Positions 45,001-54,051 of a DNA stretch of 55,822 nt are shown here, in pieces. This DNA is from a virus. Lineage: Duplodnaviria; Caudoviricetes. The stretch spans positions 1 to 55,822 of the IMG/VR virus record IMGVR_UViG_3300032322_000568; one strand, written 5' to 3'. The position numbers were made by a program, and so were the translations under genes. Each line of letters begins with the position of its first letter. Position 1 is the stretch's first letter. The notes under the pieces are model-generated. The model had not been told where the DNA came from and ran no database searches. It saw nothing but the letters and a program-made list of their open reading frames with translations.

Positions 45001-47580
45001 TGCGCGGTTATGCATACCGTTGGGTGCGACATACGGGACTTCAGTGGATGGCTTGCTTGTTGCACCTGATAGGTCAGGCCTTTCTGCTGCCGTGGCAGTG
45101 CTATAAGTTTTGCCTTGCCAGGTAAACGTGGCATCAGCGCCAAGCTTTTCACGCGCTAAAGCGTAGGCTTCATTGAAATTGCTCTTGCCTGCAATCTCGC
45201 CCCTGATGTCGGGTAATTGTGATGCGCGCTCTTGTGCTTGCTCGCCGCCTGTAAGCTGGCTGCCTGCAATAACACCGCGACCACGCGTGACAAGTTCGTT
45301 GATCTGCGCGTCGTTATAGCCAGCAGAGGTTAAAGCACTGCGTAGCTGGTCTTCAGAGCCTTTGCCTTGCGTGAAGTTTTGATATGCAGATTGAACGCTT
45401 AGCCGGTTTTCAAGCTTGATCGCATTTTGCGCATCAATACCGTTCAATATTTCATTGGCTCGATCTGATGTGAAGCCAGCCGCCACAAGTTCTTGTATGG
45501 CCGTATCTCGATCAAGCTGAGGCATTCCAAATTCTGGATCAATCTTTGAGTAGCGATTCATCACATCAGCGCCGACGCGGCTCATATTGATGCGCTGATC
45601 TGCCTGTTTTGCATAACCTTCAGCTTGATCTGCCGTAAAGCCAAAGCTTTGTAGCTGGCTTACAAGCCCTTCACGGCTGAGATCATTGCCAGGCCCAGCA
45701 TAATCAGCGATGGCCTGGTTTGCTTTGGTAACGCGCTGCTGTATAGCGATCTGCTCATCTTCAGCAGTGATCGGGGATAGTGCTCCAGCGCCTTGCAGGG
45801 AAGCGTTAGCATCAAGAAACGCGGCGCGATCTTGCGGTGACTGTGCGCTTACGCCAGTGCCTGCTAGGCCCGATTGAATACCGGCCTGAGCCAATGATGT
45901 CAATGCGGCTAATTCGTTGCCTTGGAAGGCCTGCAAGCCTGCTGTAACAAGCTTCCCAGCGGTGGCTTTGTCCATGCCGGTTTCTGCTGCCAAAGCGTCT
46001 GTGGCGAAGCTTGTGCCAACACTTGTTGCTAACGCAGCCGGATCAAGTTTGCCCGTTGTTACAAGTTGCGTAATGACGTTTTTGCCAATGCCTGCAACTT
46101 CAGTGGGTAGCATTGAGCTAACCTGGCTGCCGAGATAGCCACCCGCCGAGCTTAATACCGCACCTTTTAATGCTTGTAAAGGATCAGCCCCCATGGCTAG
46201 TTGGGTGCCAAAACTTAATACGCCTGATCCTAAAGCGCTAGCGGCGGCACCCGTTGCGCCTAATGCGCTGCCAATGGCAGTACCGAGGCCTGGTATAAAT
46301 GAAAGTCCAATAGGCAGTGCAATCTTTGCAAAATCCATGATCGCTTGATCTGGATGCTCGCCTTTGTAAAAGCTTGGATCTCCAACAGGCACCAACTTGT
46401 CGCCTTTGGATTGATACAACTGCGCCATGCGCTGGCGATCTGGTCCGCCTGTGGCGCCACCAATGTAAAAGTAAACGCTGTTAGATGCGATGTCTTGTGG
46501 CGTGATGTCCGCATCAGTTACTTCTTGCAGTTGGCCATTGATTACTTTATAAGGCCTAACAAATGTTGATGCATGACCCAATGCAGCGGCGATGTTTGGA
46601 TTTGATGAGAGTATTGAAGCGACCCCATCATCGAAATTTGTGACGCCTACTAGTGGATTGTCTAATGTATTTCCAGGCCTGAATAATTTTGCATTTGCAG
46701 CGGCGATACGCTCTTGTTCAGCACGGTATTCAACAGCCTCTGGCGTGTTTGCGACTTGTAAATACGCTTCACGATCTAACGCTTCTCCAGTTTGAGGGTT
46801 TATGTAAACTAATCCCCCGCCGCCTTTTGGTTTGTTAAATGTATCAATTGTTCCATAATCGCTGGCGCTCTCAATAACCCATTGTTGCTTCAAGACTGGA
46901 TCATAAAACCTGTCGAGCGCACTAATTCCTACGTTTGATGTGCCCCCTGCTGGTGCCGCACTTGCAGCCTGCTGTGCTGACAACCATTCTTGACCTTTTT
47001 GTGCAGCCCAATCGTTTACTTGTTGAACCGAACCTAAACTTGAAACTTCTGCTTTTTCTGCGTCAGACAATTGCCTGCCAAACGCTGTTTGAGCAGCGTC
47101 TAGTTTCTGTTGTTGAAGATTTGTCCAGTCAAGGCCTTTTTGTGCGGCCCAGTCGTTTGCTTGCTGCACAGTGCCAAAGCCATAAAGCTGAGCCTTTTCT
47201 GCATCCGTCAAGGATCTTCCGAAGGCCTGCCGCCCTGCAAAATCAAGTGCCGTCCGACGAAACACATCTCGCTCTTCCGGGCTAATTTCAGCGCCAAACT
47301 GCTGTCGCCAGTAATTAAGACCTTCAGCGTCCGGTGCTCGACCGGCAATGTCTTGATACATCTGGTTGTAGGGGTCTGGCTGATAGCTGATGCCAGCAGG
47401 CTTAAAGTAAGACTGAATCTGCTCTGTTGTGATGTCAGGGTTGAAGGTTTGCGCTGCCTTGGCCACATCTTCAACGCCGAGGCCCAGCTTGCCAGCCTGC
47501 TGCACCAGTTGCGTCGGATCTGACAGGTATGGTGCCAGTTGCTGTGCAAATCCCAGGTACTGATCTTGCGTGTAAGCCAT
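42088..47580 (-). CDS. giant internal virion protein with S/T/A/V repeats and C-terminal GDGQSDDIPA.L.DGEFV domain
   Basis: Start MAYTQ coupled to the upstream stop, glycine-zipper segments, C-terminal domain resembling tape-measure C-termini. Confidence 0.75.
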   Translation of the reverse strand: MAYTQDQYLGFAQQLAPYLSDPTQLVQQAGKLGLGVEDVAKAAQTFNPDITTEQIQSYFKPAGISYQPDPYNQMYQDIAGRAPDAEGLNYWRQQFGAEISPEERDVFRRTALDFAGRQAFGRSLTDAEKAQLYGFGTVQQANDWAAQKGLDWTNLQQQKLDAAQTAFGRQLSDAEKAEVSSLGSVQQVNDWAAQKGQEWLSAQQAASAAPAGGTSNVGISALDRFYDPVLKQQWVIESASDYGTIDTFNKPKGGGGLVYINPQTGEALDREAYLQVANTPEAVEYRAEQERIAAANAKLFRPGNTLDNPLVGVTNFDDGVASILSSNPNIAAALGHASTFVRPYKVINGQLQEVTDADITPQDIASNSVYFYIGGATGGPDRQRMAQLYQSKGDKLVPVGDPSFYKGEHPDQAIMDFAKIALPIGLSFIPGLGTAIGSALGATGAAASALGSGVLSFGTQLAMGADPLQALKGAVLSSAGGYLGSQVSSMLPTEVAGIGKNVITQLVTTGKLDPAALATSVGTSFATDALAAETGMDKATAGKLVTAGLQAFQGNELAALTSLAQAGIQSGLAGTGVSAQSPQDRAAFLDANASLQGAGALSPITAEDEQIAIQQRVTKANQAIADYAGPGNDLSREGLVSQLQSFGFTADQAEGYAKQADQRINMSRVGADVMNRYSKIDPEFGMPQLDRDTAIQELVAAGFTSDRANEILNGIDAQNAIKLENRLSVQSAYQNFTQGKGSEDQLRSALTSAGYNDAQINELVTRGRGVIAGSQLTGGEQAQERASQLPDIRGEIAGKSNFNEAYALAREKLGADATFTWQGKTYSTATAAERPDLSGATSKPSTEVPYVAPNGMHNRAAFIQAGGGTSDADYAKYVNAVNALISEGKSGTLITPASVNSAGKDLPPTTGPVTMEKPRVDSVLGSVAAQGVASFGANSIAGALSALGFTDAGRTVLDKANQIAVAATAAEGADITQGKRDIDAAIQKVGSSSGIRDFATNVGNLVSTAFNNPKAFGATVGSEVVEEVLQLATLKFPGSFLVKETVASALENGGAAYNTEYESQIAKGASKEDAHLAAQKAAGTAAGVTVALAGGAAGLGKVAGKVFGSQADEAASGVSQVGKTTLKESAQEVLEEGSIAGSIDLALGRPVDAVNALTNMTGGALYGGVTAGSIQGTKLDTLDQAASTSIGSGVQASFNNTLAQTGDIAQASSGSVTTAINNGLDPGAAVSSVINTAAQSGGDMSAVISSSIDTGLSAALSSGVDTSEAVTTIVSGSITSSLSSGVDVTTAIDSTVGSSVKTGIANGVDASAVVTSSVNSAVSTALNNGASASTVVTGAVSSAVTSGLNAGADASSVISSSVTAAVSTATQSGANSTAVVAGSTSTAVSTAIASGVDASTAISSAVDSATQAGANASTASASSITAAITAGTDTNTAIAAVTGANSNITANSTTNNNVTSTTATDATTGVTSQTVVDNSSGASTTITTNNNITSQVTTVGSTTTTVTSDTSTGVTTQTTVDGTRSTDVTVDTTTNVTTQVVTDTATNTKVTVEWKPDGEVRCTFRDRDGQETVFDDLDVGDPPKVDVVAPLEPVKPEVKPETPKETKPTTTPSKSAMAASAIPGMVMGSELGRLKGEMLKSGPAGEQVDPLAAMKQRIEDMNAIDPALAAVIAQRLGVEPPKQQMPAYTYGQETSIDDILGMGKKEEPEEEPLYAQGGFVEPLRAAGGAMNPQFMYRAGGLGTREDFRHGKHVAGDGDGQSDDIPAWLADGEFVFPADVVSALGNGSTKAGTDKLYKMMHEIRARARSTKEKDLPPPAHKSPLDYLKKGK

Positions 47581-47828
47581 CAGATTGCCCTCGAGTTCAC
47601 AGCGCCGACCACGGCAGCAGCCCACTCTTGCCAGTCATCAAAATTGTATGGCTCAGGGATTGCTTCATTGGCAAATATGTCGATCGCTTTCAGGCCAGCA
47701 CCCCAAGACTTCCAATCCACATCAGCCAGGGGTACTTGCAGGTTTTGTGCGGCATAAGCCTCGCACATGAGCGCAGCCCAAGACTCAAAGGTGTGATACC
47801 GCGGATCATAAACCAGGGCAAAGGTCAT
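47580..47828 (-). CDS. small Trp-rich conserved protein
   Basis: W..WA / P.P..F.DW.EWA pattern, coupled. Confidence 0.7.
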   Translation of the reverse strand: MTFALVYDPRYHTFESWAALMCEAYAAQNLQVPLADVDWKSWGAGLKAIDIFANEAIPEPYNFDDWQEWAAAVVGAVNSRAI

Positions 47829-50125
47829 GTTGAATAGCCTCGCACGTCGCCGGTATCAGCATCCACAATGATCTTACCCGTCTGATAGTCGCCACCGGCC
47901 ACATTGGATACGAACTTTAACCGCAGCATCCTGCGCTGCTCTTTCATGTCAATTTTGCCTGTGCCAGGCGCAAATGTGTAAGGTCCTGTGATCTGATCTG
48001 GCTGATCAGGGTACGGTCTTCCGATGATGTAAAGCTCCATGTCACCGGTTTGGATAAAGTTGGGTTCCAACCGCTCGATGCGCGTCCACTTGTTTTCACC
48101 AACAGGTGAGAAGGTTGCAGGACCGCCAGCAATTACACCAAGATCTGACGTGACAAAGTAGCTCTCAATGGCCAGCACATTAGTGCCTTGAACAACATCC
48201 TTGCCAATCTCATGCTCCCACAAGGAGACTTGCTGCATGAGTGAGTCCACGGTGATTTGAAAGTCCGAACCAACACCGTCCAGGGTTGCGGTTAGCTCAT
48301 CATTCACTGCATAGCCACTGCCACGGTTATTGATCGTGACACTGACCACTGACCCATTGATGACAACGATCGTGGCCGTAGCGCCCGTTCCAGTGCCTCC
48401 TGTGAGGGTTTGGTATTGGTAGGTGTCGTCAGCGTAGCCCGTGCCAGCATTAAAGATCGTGAAACCGTTGATTGCATTGGCCGTGTTGACCTGGTAGCCG
48501 GCTTGCACAGGGAAACGAAACACCTGTGAGAAGTAGCCTGCAGAGCGTTGTGCTCCCAAAGCTTCGCCGGTGTCATACCAGACATTGTCGCGGACGTTAT
48601 AAATCACAGCATCTGTGCATTCAGTGGCATCACCTCGAGGGTAGAACCACCACACCTCACCAAAGCGTGGGACCTTGGTTGCCCACACCTTCTGACGCTG
48701 GTTGTAATTCAGATTGTCAAAGAAATGGTTTTGGTTAAATGTATTGGGAATCTCTTTGGTCACGCCGTTATAGAGCATGAATCGATCGACGCCCGTCCAA
48801 AAGTAAATGCCGTCATACTCAATCACACCCGATGACGACAAGAACGATGACTGTGAAGTGATGATGTCATAACGCCAGTAAGTGGTAGCGGCAAAATTTG
48901 CCGTGCCTGCTACGCCTAAGCTTTGCGGTGCATAAGACACGCGCACAAGGCTATCCAAGGACCAAAATAAGCCGCTAGGCGCGTTGGAACCGCCTCGGAC
49001 AGGTAATCCTTGCAAGATCTTGCCCGTGGCCGCATTGACCCGATTAGCGTCTGCTGAGACCCAGTCATCAATATCGCCTGCTGAGCAGTTCCAAATCAGG
49101 CCGTCATTGCCATAAACAAAGACGTAAGGGTGCAAGGCCACCACGCCGCCTGAGATGGATACTTGATTGTCAAATGTCAGTGTCGTTGTGCTCGAGGCTG
49201 TAGCGTTAGCACTCAATGTAACTGTCGTGCCGACGACAGAGGACACCGTAGTACCGGCAGGGATGCCATAGCCTTTAACAACCTGGCCGGCTGCAATCTT
49301 AGGATCAAGTGCTGACAGGGTTACAGTAGCCGAGCCGCTGGTAACTGTGCAACTATCCACCGCAAACAGGCCTGCAGCCCATAACGTCGTGCCCGTCAAA
49401 GGGCCACACAAAAGCCTGGTATTGACCTCGGCATCAATGCTCTCAAGATCCTGCGAGGGATGTGCCAATAACAGGTTGGTTTGATAGCCAACCGTGTCAG
49501 TAAAGGTATCAAACTGCCAGGAGTTGAAGTCCGATGCAACGAAGGGCGAATCAATCGTTGCAACTTGGATTAATACGCCTGAGCCGGCACCACCAAGATC
49601 AGCGGCTGCAATCGTAAGGAAGGCGCCCTCCAAAAATCGGATGCCACCGCTGGTAAGCGTGACTGACGTGACAACGCCTGCAGTGACGACAACCGTAGCT
49701 CTGGCGCCTGTACCGCTTCCCGTGCTCAAAGCATCGTAAATCAGCGGCACATTGGTATAAGTTGCGCTGGTATAGCCTGACCCACCATCAATGAGCGTTG
49801 TGGTCAGGATGGGACCGGCAAATTGATAGTCCACGATACCGCCACCGGCACCGTTGTTATTGATGGGGACAACCTGCAGGCCATCGTTATAGCCGCTATA
49901 CACGTTGTTGTAGAGGTTTCTGACCACCACAAACACACCGCGCGATGGTCCTGCTAGACCATTAACGATTTCACGGTAACCGCCCATTTTTCTGGGCCGT
50001 GAGCGATCGCCACCAAACTTTTGGAAGCGTACCCAGCGCCCATCGGTGTAGAACTCCTTGTCAAAAAGTGTTCCGTCCCGTTGAATTCCCGCCTGCGTAT
50101 CAAGCGCGAAGACCTTTTTGGTCAT
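47825..50125 (-). CDS. tail nozzle / head-stabilisation protein (P22 gp10-like) with inserted fibre-type repeats
   Basis: W.RF..PRKMGG, F.EVWWFYP, VIYN....W propeller motifs, GSGY and IP.GTTV inserts. Confidence 0.75.
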   Translation of the reverse strand: MTKKVFALDTQAGIQRDGTLFDKEFYTDGRWVRFQKFGGDRSRPRKMGGYREIVNGLAGPSRGVFVVVRNLYNNVYSGYNDGLQVVPINNNGAGGGIVDYQFAGPILTTTLIDGGSGYTSATYTNVPLIYDALSTGSGTGARATVVVTAGVVTSVTLTSGGIRFLEGAFLTIAAADLGGAGSGVLIQVATIDSPFVASDFNSWQFDTFTDTVGYQTNLLLAHPSQDLESIDAEVNTRLLCGPLTGTTLWAAGLFAVDSCTVTSGSATVTLSALDPKIAAGQVVKGYGIPAGTTVSSVVGTTVTLSANATASSTTTLTFDNQVSISGGVVALHPYVFVYGNDGLIWNCSAGDIDDWVSADANRVNAATGKILQGLPVRGGSNAPSGLFWSLDSLVRVSYAPQSLGVAGTANFAATTYWRYDIITSQSSFLSSSGVIEYDGIYFWTGVDRFMLYNGVTKEIPNTFNQNHFFDNLNYNQRQKVWATKVPRFGEVWWFYPRGDATECTDAVIYNVRDNVWYDTGEALGAQRSAGYFSQVFRFPVQAGYQVNTANAINGFTIFNAGTGYADDTYQYQTLTGGTGTGATATIVVINGSVVSVTINNRGSGYAVNDELTATLDGVGSDFQITVDSLMQQVSLWEHEIGKDVVQGTNVLAIESYFVTSDLGVIAGGPATFSPVGENKWTRIERLEPNFIQTGDMELYIIGRPYPDQPDQITGPYTFAPGTGKIDMKEQRRMLRLKFVSNVAGGDYQTGKIIVDADTGDVRGYST

Positions 50126-51384
50126 TAGAAGGTGCCCCCGCTGATGCCACCTTGAAAGTTACCCGTGCCCGTAGCTTGCACATTACCTGTAATCGTCAAT
50201 CCTGTTGCGCTTAAATTAAACCGCTGCGTGCCAAGGATTGAAATGCCAAAGTTGCCAGCGCCAGGCCTGTAAATGCCGGTGTTGGTCTCTGAGCCGAAGT
50301 TCAGTGATGGGCTACCAGCCGTGCCGTTAACCAGGCTAAAGGCTGTGCCGCCAGCCTGTGTGGTATTGGCATTCAGTAGGTTCGTGCCGTCGCAAATAAG
50401 CGATGCCTGGCCGCCTGCAGGGACCGTGGCCGTGCTTGCACCAACAGCACCTGTCTCAATCGTCAGTGTAAAACCGCCTGCCGTGGTCTGATTGCTGATA
50501 ACGTAAAAGTTAACCACGGGCGGCACAACAACAGTGACGTTACCTGTCAGGGTGCCGTTATAGATTTGAATGGTATTAGCCGCTTCACTGGCTGTCAGCG
50601 TATAAGTGCCCGTTGTAACGGTCTTGGTCAGTACGCCATACTCAAACTGCGTGCTGACACCATAGCCGATCGTGACAAACGTCGTGCCCGTGCAAACGAT
50701 GAAGGCCGACTCACTAGGAGCAAATGCTTTGGATGTTGCGCCATCAATGAATTCACCGCCCGAGCCATTAACCGTTAAGGTGCCCGTGCCAGCGTTTTTG
50801 ATCAGGAAGAACCAGTTATTGCCAACCGCACTTGAAAGTGGCAAGGTGACCGAATTAACCCCACCTGTCCACACATAAGTCTTGGCGCGATCCGCGTTGA
50901 CAAAGGCTTGGCTTGCAGTAATCGATGAGACAGGATGGCTTTGATTGAGCGTGGCTCCGACGGCTAAGAGACCTGCGCCTGCAAGGGTTGCAGCATCTGC
51001 TGAAGAGGTCCCTGCGCCAAATTCGACGTTGGCCCAAGTGCCAAACTCATCGCCGTTATCAGTCAGGTAAATGTACTTGGCAACGCCCGGATCAATTGAA
51101 ATGATCGTGCTGTCACCGTCATAAGTTGTAACGGTGAATGCGTTGCTGCCAATGTTTCGGATGAGCGCATCTTGGCCTACTGAGACCTGGCTGGCAGGTG
51201 GCATGCGAAGCTCGAGACTTCCTGCCGTAGCATCCACATCCATGATGCGTGCGGCTGGCGTTTCCGTGCTGAGGTTACCGTTGATGGGCCACACCAACTG
51301 CAAGTCAGCACTAAGCGTAATCTCAATGTACGAAACATCAGTTGGCTGAACAACGTCGCCAGTAAAGGGGCTTACATAGCTCAT
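50125..51384 (-). CDS. tail fibre/baseplate-proximal protein
   Basis: TLP....G....IKN repeats, G....PSL.F..ET.TGIY. Confidence 0.7.
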   Translation of the reverse strand: MSYVSPFTGDVVQPTDVSYIEITLSADLQLVWPINGNLSTETPAARIMDVDATAGSLELRMPPASQVSVGQDALIRNIGSNAFTVTTYDGDSTIISIDPGVAKYIYLTDNGDEFGTWANVEFGAGTSSADAATLAGAGLLAVGATLNQSHPVSSITASQAFVNADRAKTYVWTGGVNSVTLPLSSAVGNNWFFLIKNAGTGTLTVNGSGGEFIDGATSKAFAPSESAFIVCTGTTFVTIGYGVSTQFEYGVLTKTVTTGTYTLTASEAANTIQIYNGTLTGNVTVVVPPVVNFYVISNQTTAGGFTLTIETGAVGASTATVPAGGQASLICDGTNLLNANTTQAGGTAFSLVNGTAGSPSLNFGSETNTGIYRPGAGNFGISILGTQRFNLSATGLTITGNVQATGTGNFQGGISGGTF

Positions 51385-51386
51385 GA

Positions 51387-52019
51387 TTAACTGTCCGCAG
51401 CGATGGCCTGGCGATCAGCGATCCGCAGCTTATCCTCGGCCATTAGGGTTTGCATGATGGCGTCATACTGCGCTTGCCACACGGGAGTGCGCTCATCGTT
51501 TTTAAGGAATGGCATGGCCTGCAGCAGGGTCCCGTAAAGCAGGGCTTGAGGTGCATAGACCGTGAACCAGTTGGTTTGGTTTTCAGTGCTTAAGGGTTGC
51601 ACCCTCTCGTAGTAAAGCACCTCAAAGTTATACGCAAGAGTCGGCGTTGGAGCCACAAACCAGTGCGTGTAATCGTAATCACAATAAAACTTGGGAATGT
51701 CAGTCTGCGTGGGATCAGGCCAGTATTCACGAAGGTACTCGTACTTTCGCAGCAGGACCGGATAGCGCTTGCCTGCTACCGTGATGTTCATGGAGACTGT
51801 TTTGTGCCACCGAGCAGGCTTGTCAATGACCGGGTTGGCCACGTTCATCTGCGCGGTTTGGACGGTCAGGTTGCCAAGGAATTTGATCTGGCTGGCGATG
51901 ACTTGCTCGGCCAAACCAATGAAGGTGGGAATACGATCGACTGTGGCTGCGTCGGTGCGCTCCAGGTACTGCTGTACGTCCAGTACCAGGTTGTCATAGG
52001 TCATTGCATATGCTGGCAT
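51387..52019 (-). CDS. head-tail adaptor protein
   Basis: MTY..L...Q.YLER.D...IP.FI.LAE, P.P...Y..E..YY, TNW....P..LLYG.L..A..FLK.DER. Confidence 0.8.
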   Translation of the reverse strand: MPAYAMTYDNLVLDVQQYLERTDAATVDRIPTFIGLAEQVIASQIKFLGNLTVQTAQMNVANPVIDKPARWHKTVSMNITVAGKRYPVLLRKYEYLREYWPDPTQTDIPKFYCDYDYTHWFVAPTPTLAYNFEVLYYERVQPLSTENQTNWFTVYAPQALLYGTLLQAMPFLKNDERTPVWQAQYDAIMQTLMAEDKLRIADRQAIAADS

Positions 52020-52411
52020 CACCACACCTTCTTCTTGATCGATTCGGGCTGGGGCACGAATTGCTTGCCTTGCCTCATGCCTTCACGCTTGGCTCGAGTT
52101 GTTGCCGCGTATTCAGAAGGTGTGAGCTTCTCTCGTGCTGCCTTGGGCAAGTAACGCTCGCCGGTTGCCTTGGGTCCTTGAGTGCTGGGTTTGCCACTGC
52201 GCGTACCCCAGTCCTCTTTGGTCCACTTTGAGAGCGAATTATCCGCTTTTTTAGGCCCTTTGTAACCCCCGCCTGACTGCTTGTATTTCTGGGTGGCTAA
52301 CTGCGCTTTTCGGGCGCTCCACTGGCCTGGGTTACCCCCTTTGCCGGAAGCTTTCACGGATGCAACGATGCGCTTCCATTTGGCCGGATCTGACTTGGTT
52401 GCTGATGTCAT
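52019..52411 (-). CDS. basic conserved phage protein
   Basis: GQWSARKAQL....YK..GGGY.G, SL.KWT.E.W, ERYLP. Confidence 0.75.
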   Translation of the reverse strand: MTSATKSDPAKWKRIVASVKASGKGGNPGQWSARKAQLATQKYKQSGGGYKGPKKADNSLSKWTKEDWGTRSGKPSTQGPKATGERYLPKAAREKLTPSEYAATTRAKREGMRQGKQFVPQPESIKKKVW

Positions 52412-52920
52412 CAATCACCTCTCAGGTAAAGCGATTTTTCAGCGTTACGGCGACGAACCAGGCCTGGCAATACCTTGCCACCACCCATGGTCCATGCCAT
52501 GAAAGCCTCGGCAGCACCGCTAAAGTCGGCACGGTTGTTTTTCATTCTTATCGTAGACCGCTGGTAATTCCCGACTCCAGCGTTGAACGCAAAACTGACC
52601 ACAGCGTCGAAGCTTGACTGACGGCCAGCAAGATTAGGAGACATTCGCAGTACACCGCGCTCAAAACGGACGAGATCATCCTCAAAAAGGCGATCAATCT
52701 CCTCCTGCGACCAAGTGCGATTATCCTGGGCTGCGAGCGGGTAGTCCTTGCGAAGGATGCCGGTATAGCCATCTTTCCTTAATACGGGTAGTTTGATCTG
52801 ATCTTGATACAAAACATGGCCATAACCGATGGTCCAAATGTGAGCAGGGCATAAGTAAGGCTTAAGACTCTTACCCTCAAAGCGGTGCATCAAGTCAATG
52901 CCAGCCTGCCCTGTTTTCAT
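52411..52920 (-). CDS. endolysin, GH24 lysozyme
   Basis: FEG...Y.CPA..WTIGYGH, FDA.VSF.FN.G, LPGL.RRR.AE. Confidence 0.95.
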   Translation of the reverse strand: MKTGQAGIDLMHRFEGKSLKPYLCPAHIWTIGYGHVLYQDQIKLPVLRKDGYTGILRKDYPLAAQDNRTWSQEEIDRLFEDDLVRFERGVLRMSPNLAGRQSSFDAVVSFAFNAGVGNYQRSTIRMKNNRADFSGAAEAFMAWTMGGGKVLPGLVRRRNAEKSLYLRGD

Positions 52921-53420
52921 TTTTTCTGCCAGCTACGCGATCCAAACCAAAAGCCAATGATGCCGCCAAGCATCGCCATTTCATCATCAGAAAAGATGAT
53001 CGTACTGACTCGAACCAGGTCATCAATGTTTTGCACAAGATGCGGGTGCTGCCAGACATAATAAGCAAGCACACCGTTGATTGCGATCAGTTCTAAGATG
53101 AGCAAGTAAGTGACGTTAGGCCGCACCGTGCCAATGTAATTCACTACCCACTTGCTGGATTTCTCGATGATCTGCTTGTCATGGTCCAACGCCGCCACAG
53201 TCATCTGAGCATCTGTCTGCATGGCAATCTGATCAGTGCGAATCTCTTCCACGCGCTGCTGGGCAATGTAGCCCTCTTTGGCCAGTGCAAGCTCACGCTC
53301 TGACTGCATCCTGGCAAGCTCAAGCTCATGAGCCTGATCAGCCTTGTTTTGAAAGTAATCAAGCAGTTTGGGCAGGCCAGAGATCAGCAGGCCGCCAAGT
53401 GTTGAGAGGAGTGAAAGCAT
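52917..53420 (-). CDS. putative holin
   Basis: N-terminal hydrophobic segment, VRP..TY, IIGFWFGSR, adjacent to endolysin. Confidence 0.7.
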   Translation of the reverse strand: MLSLLSTLGGLLISGLPKLLDYFQNKADQAHELELARMQSERELALAKEGYIAQQRVEEIRTDQIAMQTDAQMTVAALDHDKQIIEKSSKWVVNYIGTVRPNVTYLLILELIAINGVLAYYVWQHPHLVQNIDDLVRVSTIIFSDDEMAMLGGIIGFWFGSRSWQKK

Positions 53421-53422
53421 GA

Positions 53423-53842
53423 TTACCCCTTCGCCGTTACGATGTCGGCACCCTTCTTGACTGTGACTTTGGAGCCTTCAACATCCACTTGCATGGGTGG
53501 CTCGGCACGGTCAAGCTTGTCCAACCGAGTGATGAGATCCTTGATGACTTCAAATTCAGGCTTTTCCTGCTTGGGCGCAGTGCCTGCAATGCCATTCAGC
53601 ATTTGAATAAGTGCAGTAAGTGAAGCGCCCAAAAGACCCATAACAGCAGCAATTTTTTCGCCTTCTAGGAATAAGGACGCACCAACGCCCACGAGCACAA
53701 TCAAGAAAATGTAAAGCAGTCCATCTTCGCCAATCGCTTTACCAGCTACTTCTTTGGCAGAGTCTTGGGCTTTTAGCTCCTCAAGCCTGATCTTGGCTTG
53801 CGCCTTCAGGACTGCTAGCTCATGGGTTTTGTCATCCATCAT
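53423..53842 (-). CDS. two-TM membrane protein of the lysis cluster
   Basis: LLYIFLIVLVGVGASLFL and IAAVMGLLGASLTALI. Confidence 0.65.
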   Translation of the reverse strand: MMDDKTHELAVLKAQAKIRLEELKAQDSAKEVAGKAIGEDGLLYIFLIVLVGVGASLFLEGEKIAAVMGLLGASLTALIQMLNGIAGTAPKQEKPEFEVIKDLITRLDKLDRAEPPMQVDVEGSKVTVKKGADIVTAKG

Positions 53843-54051
53843 ATCCCCAGCAGCTTCTTAACGAACATGGCCGCAACGCCTGGCCCAAGCAAGACAGCGG
53901 CGATCGTGATGTAAAGCAAGTGCTCAATGCGCTGCATCCGTTTTGAGCCGTCGGCAAAACGCTTTTCGATATTTTCGTATCGTTGTGCGCAAACTTGCTC
54001 GTGGCTTGTCAAACGCGCTTCCACTTCCGGGATAACCTTTATATCGTGCAT
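53839..54051 (-). CDS. coiled-coil + TM protein (HE..CA.RY family)
   Basis: RLTSHEQVCAQRYE.I..R...M.RIE plus C-terminal TM. Confidence 0.75.
   Translation of the reverse strand: MHDIKVIPEVEARLTSHEQVCAQRYENIEKRFADGSKRMQRIEHLLYITIAAVLLGPGVAAMFVKKLLGI

Noticed and set aside
42088-47580. Siphovirus tape measure protein
   Set aside because: No tail tube or chaperone genes; neighbours are nozzle, adaptor and ejection-type genes
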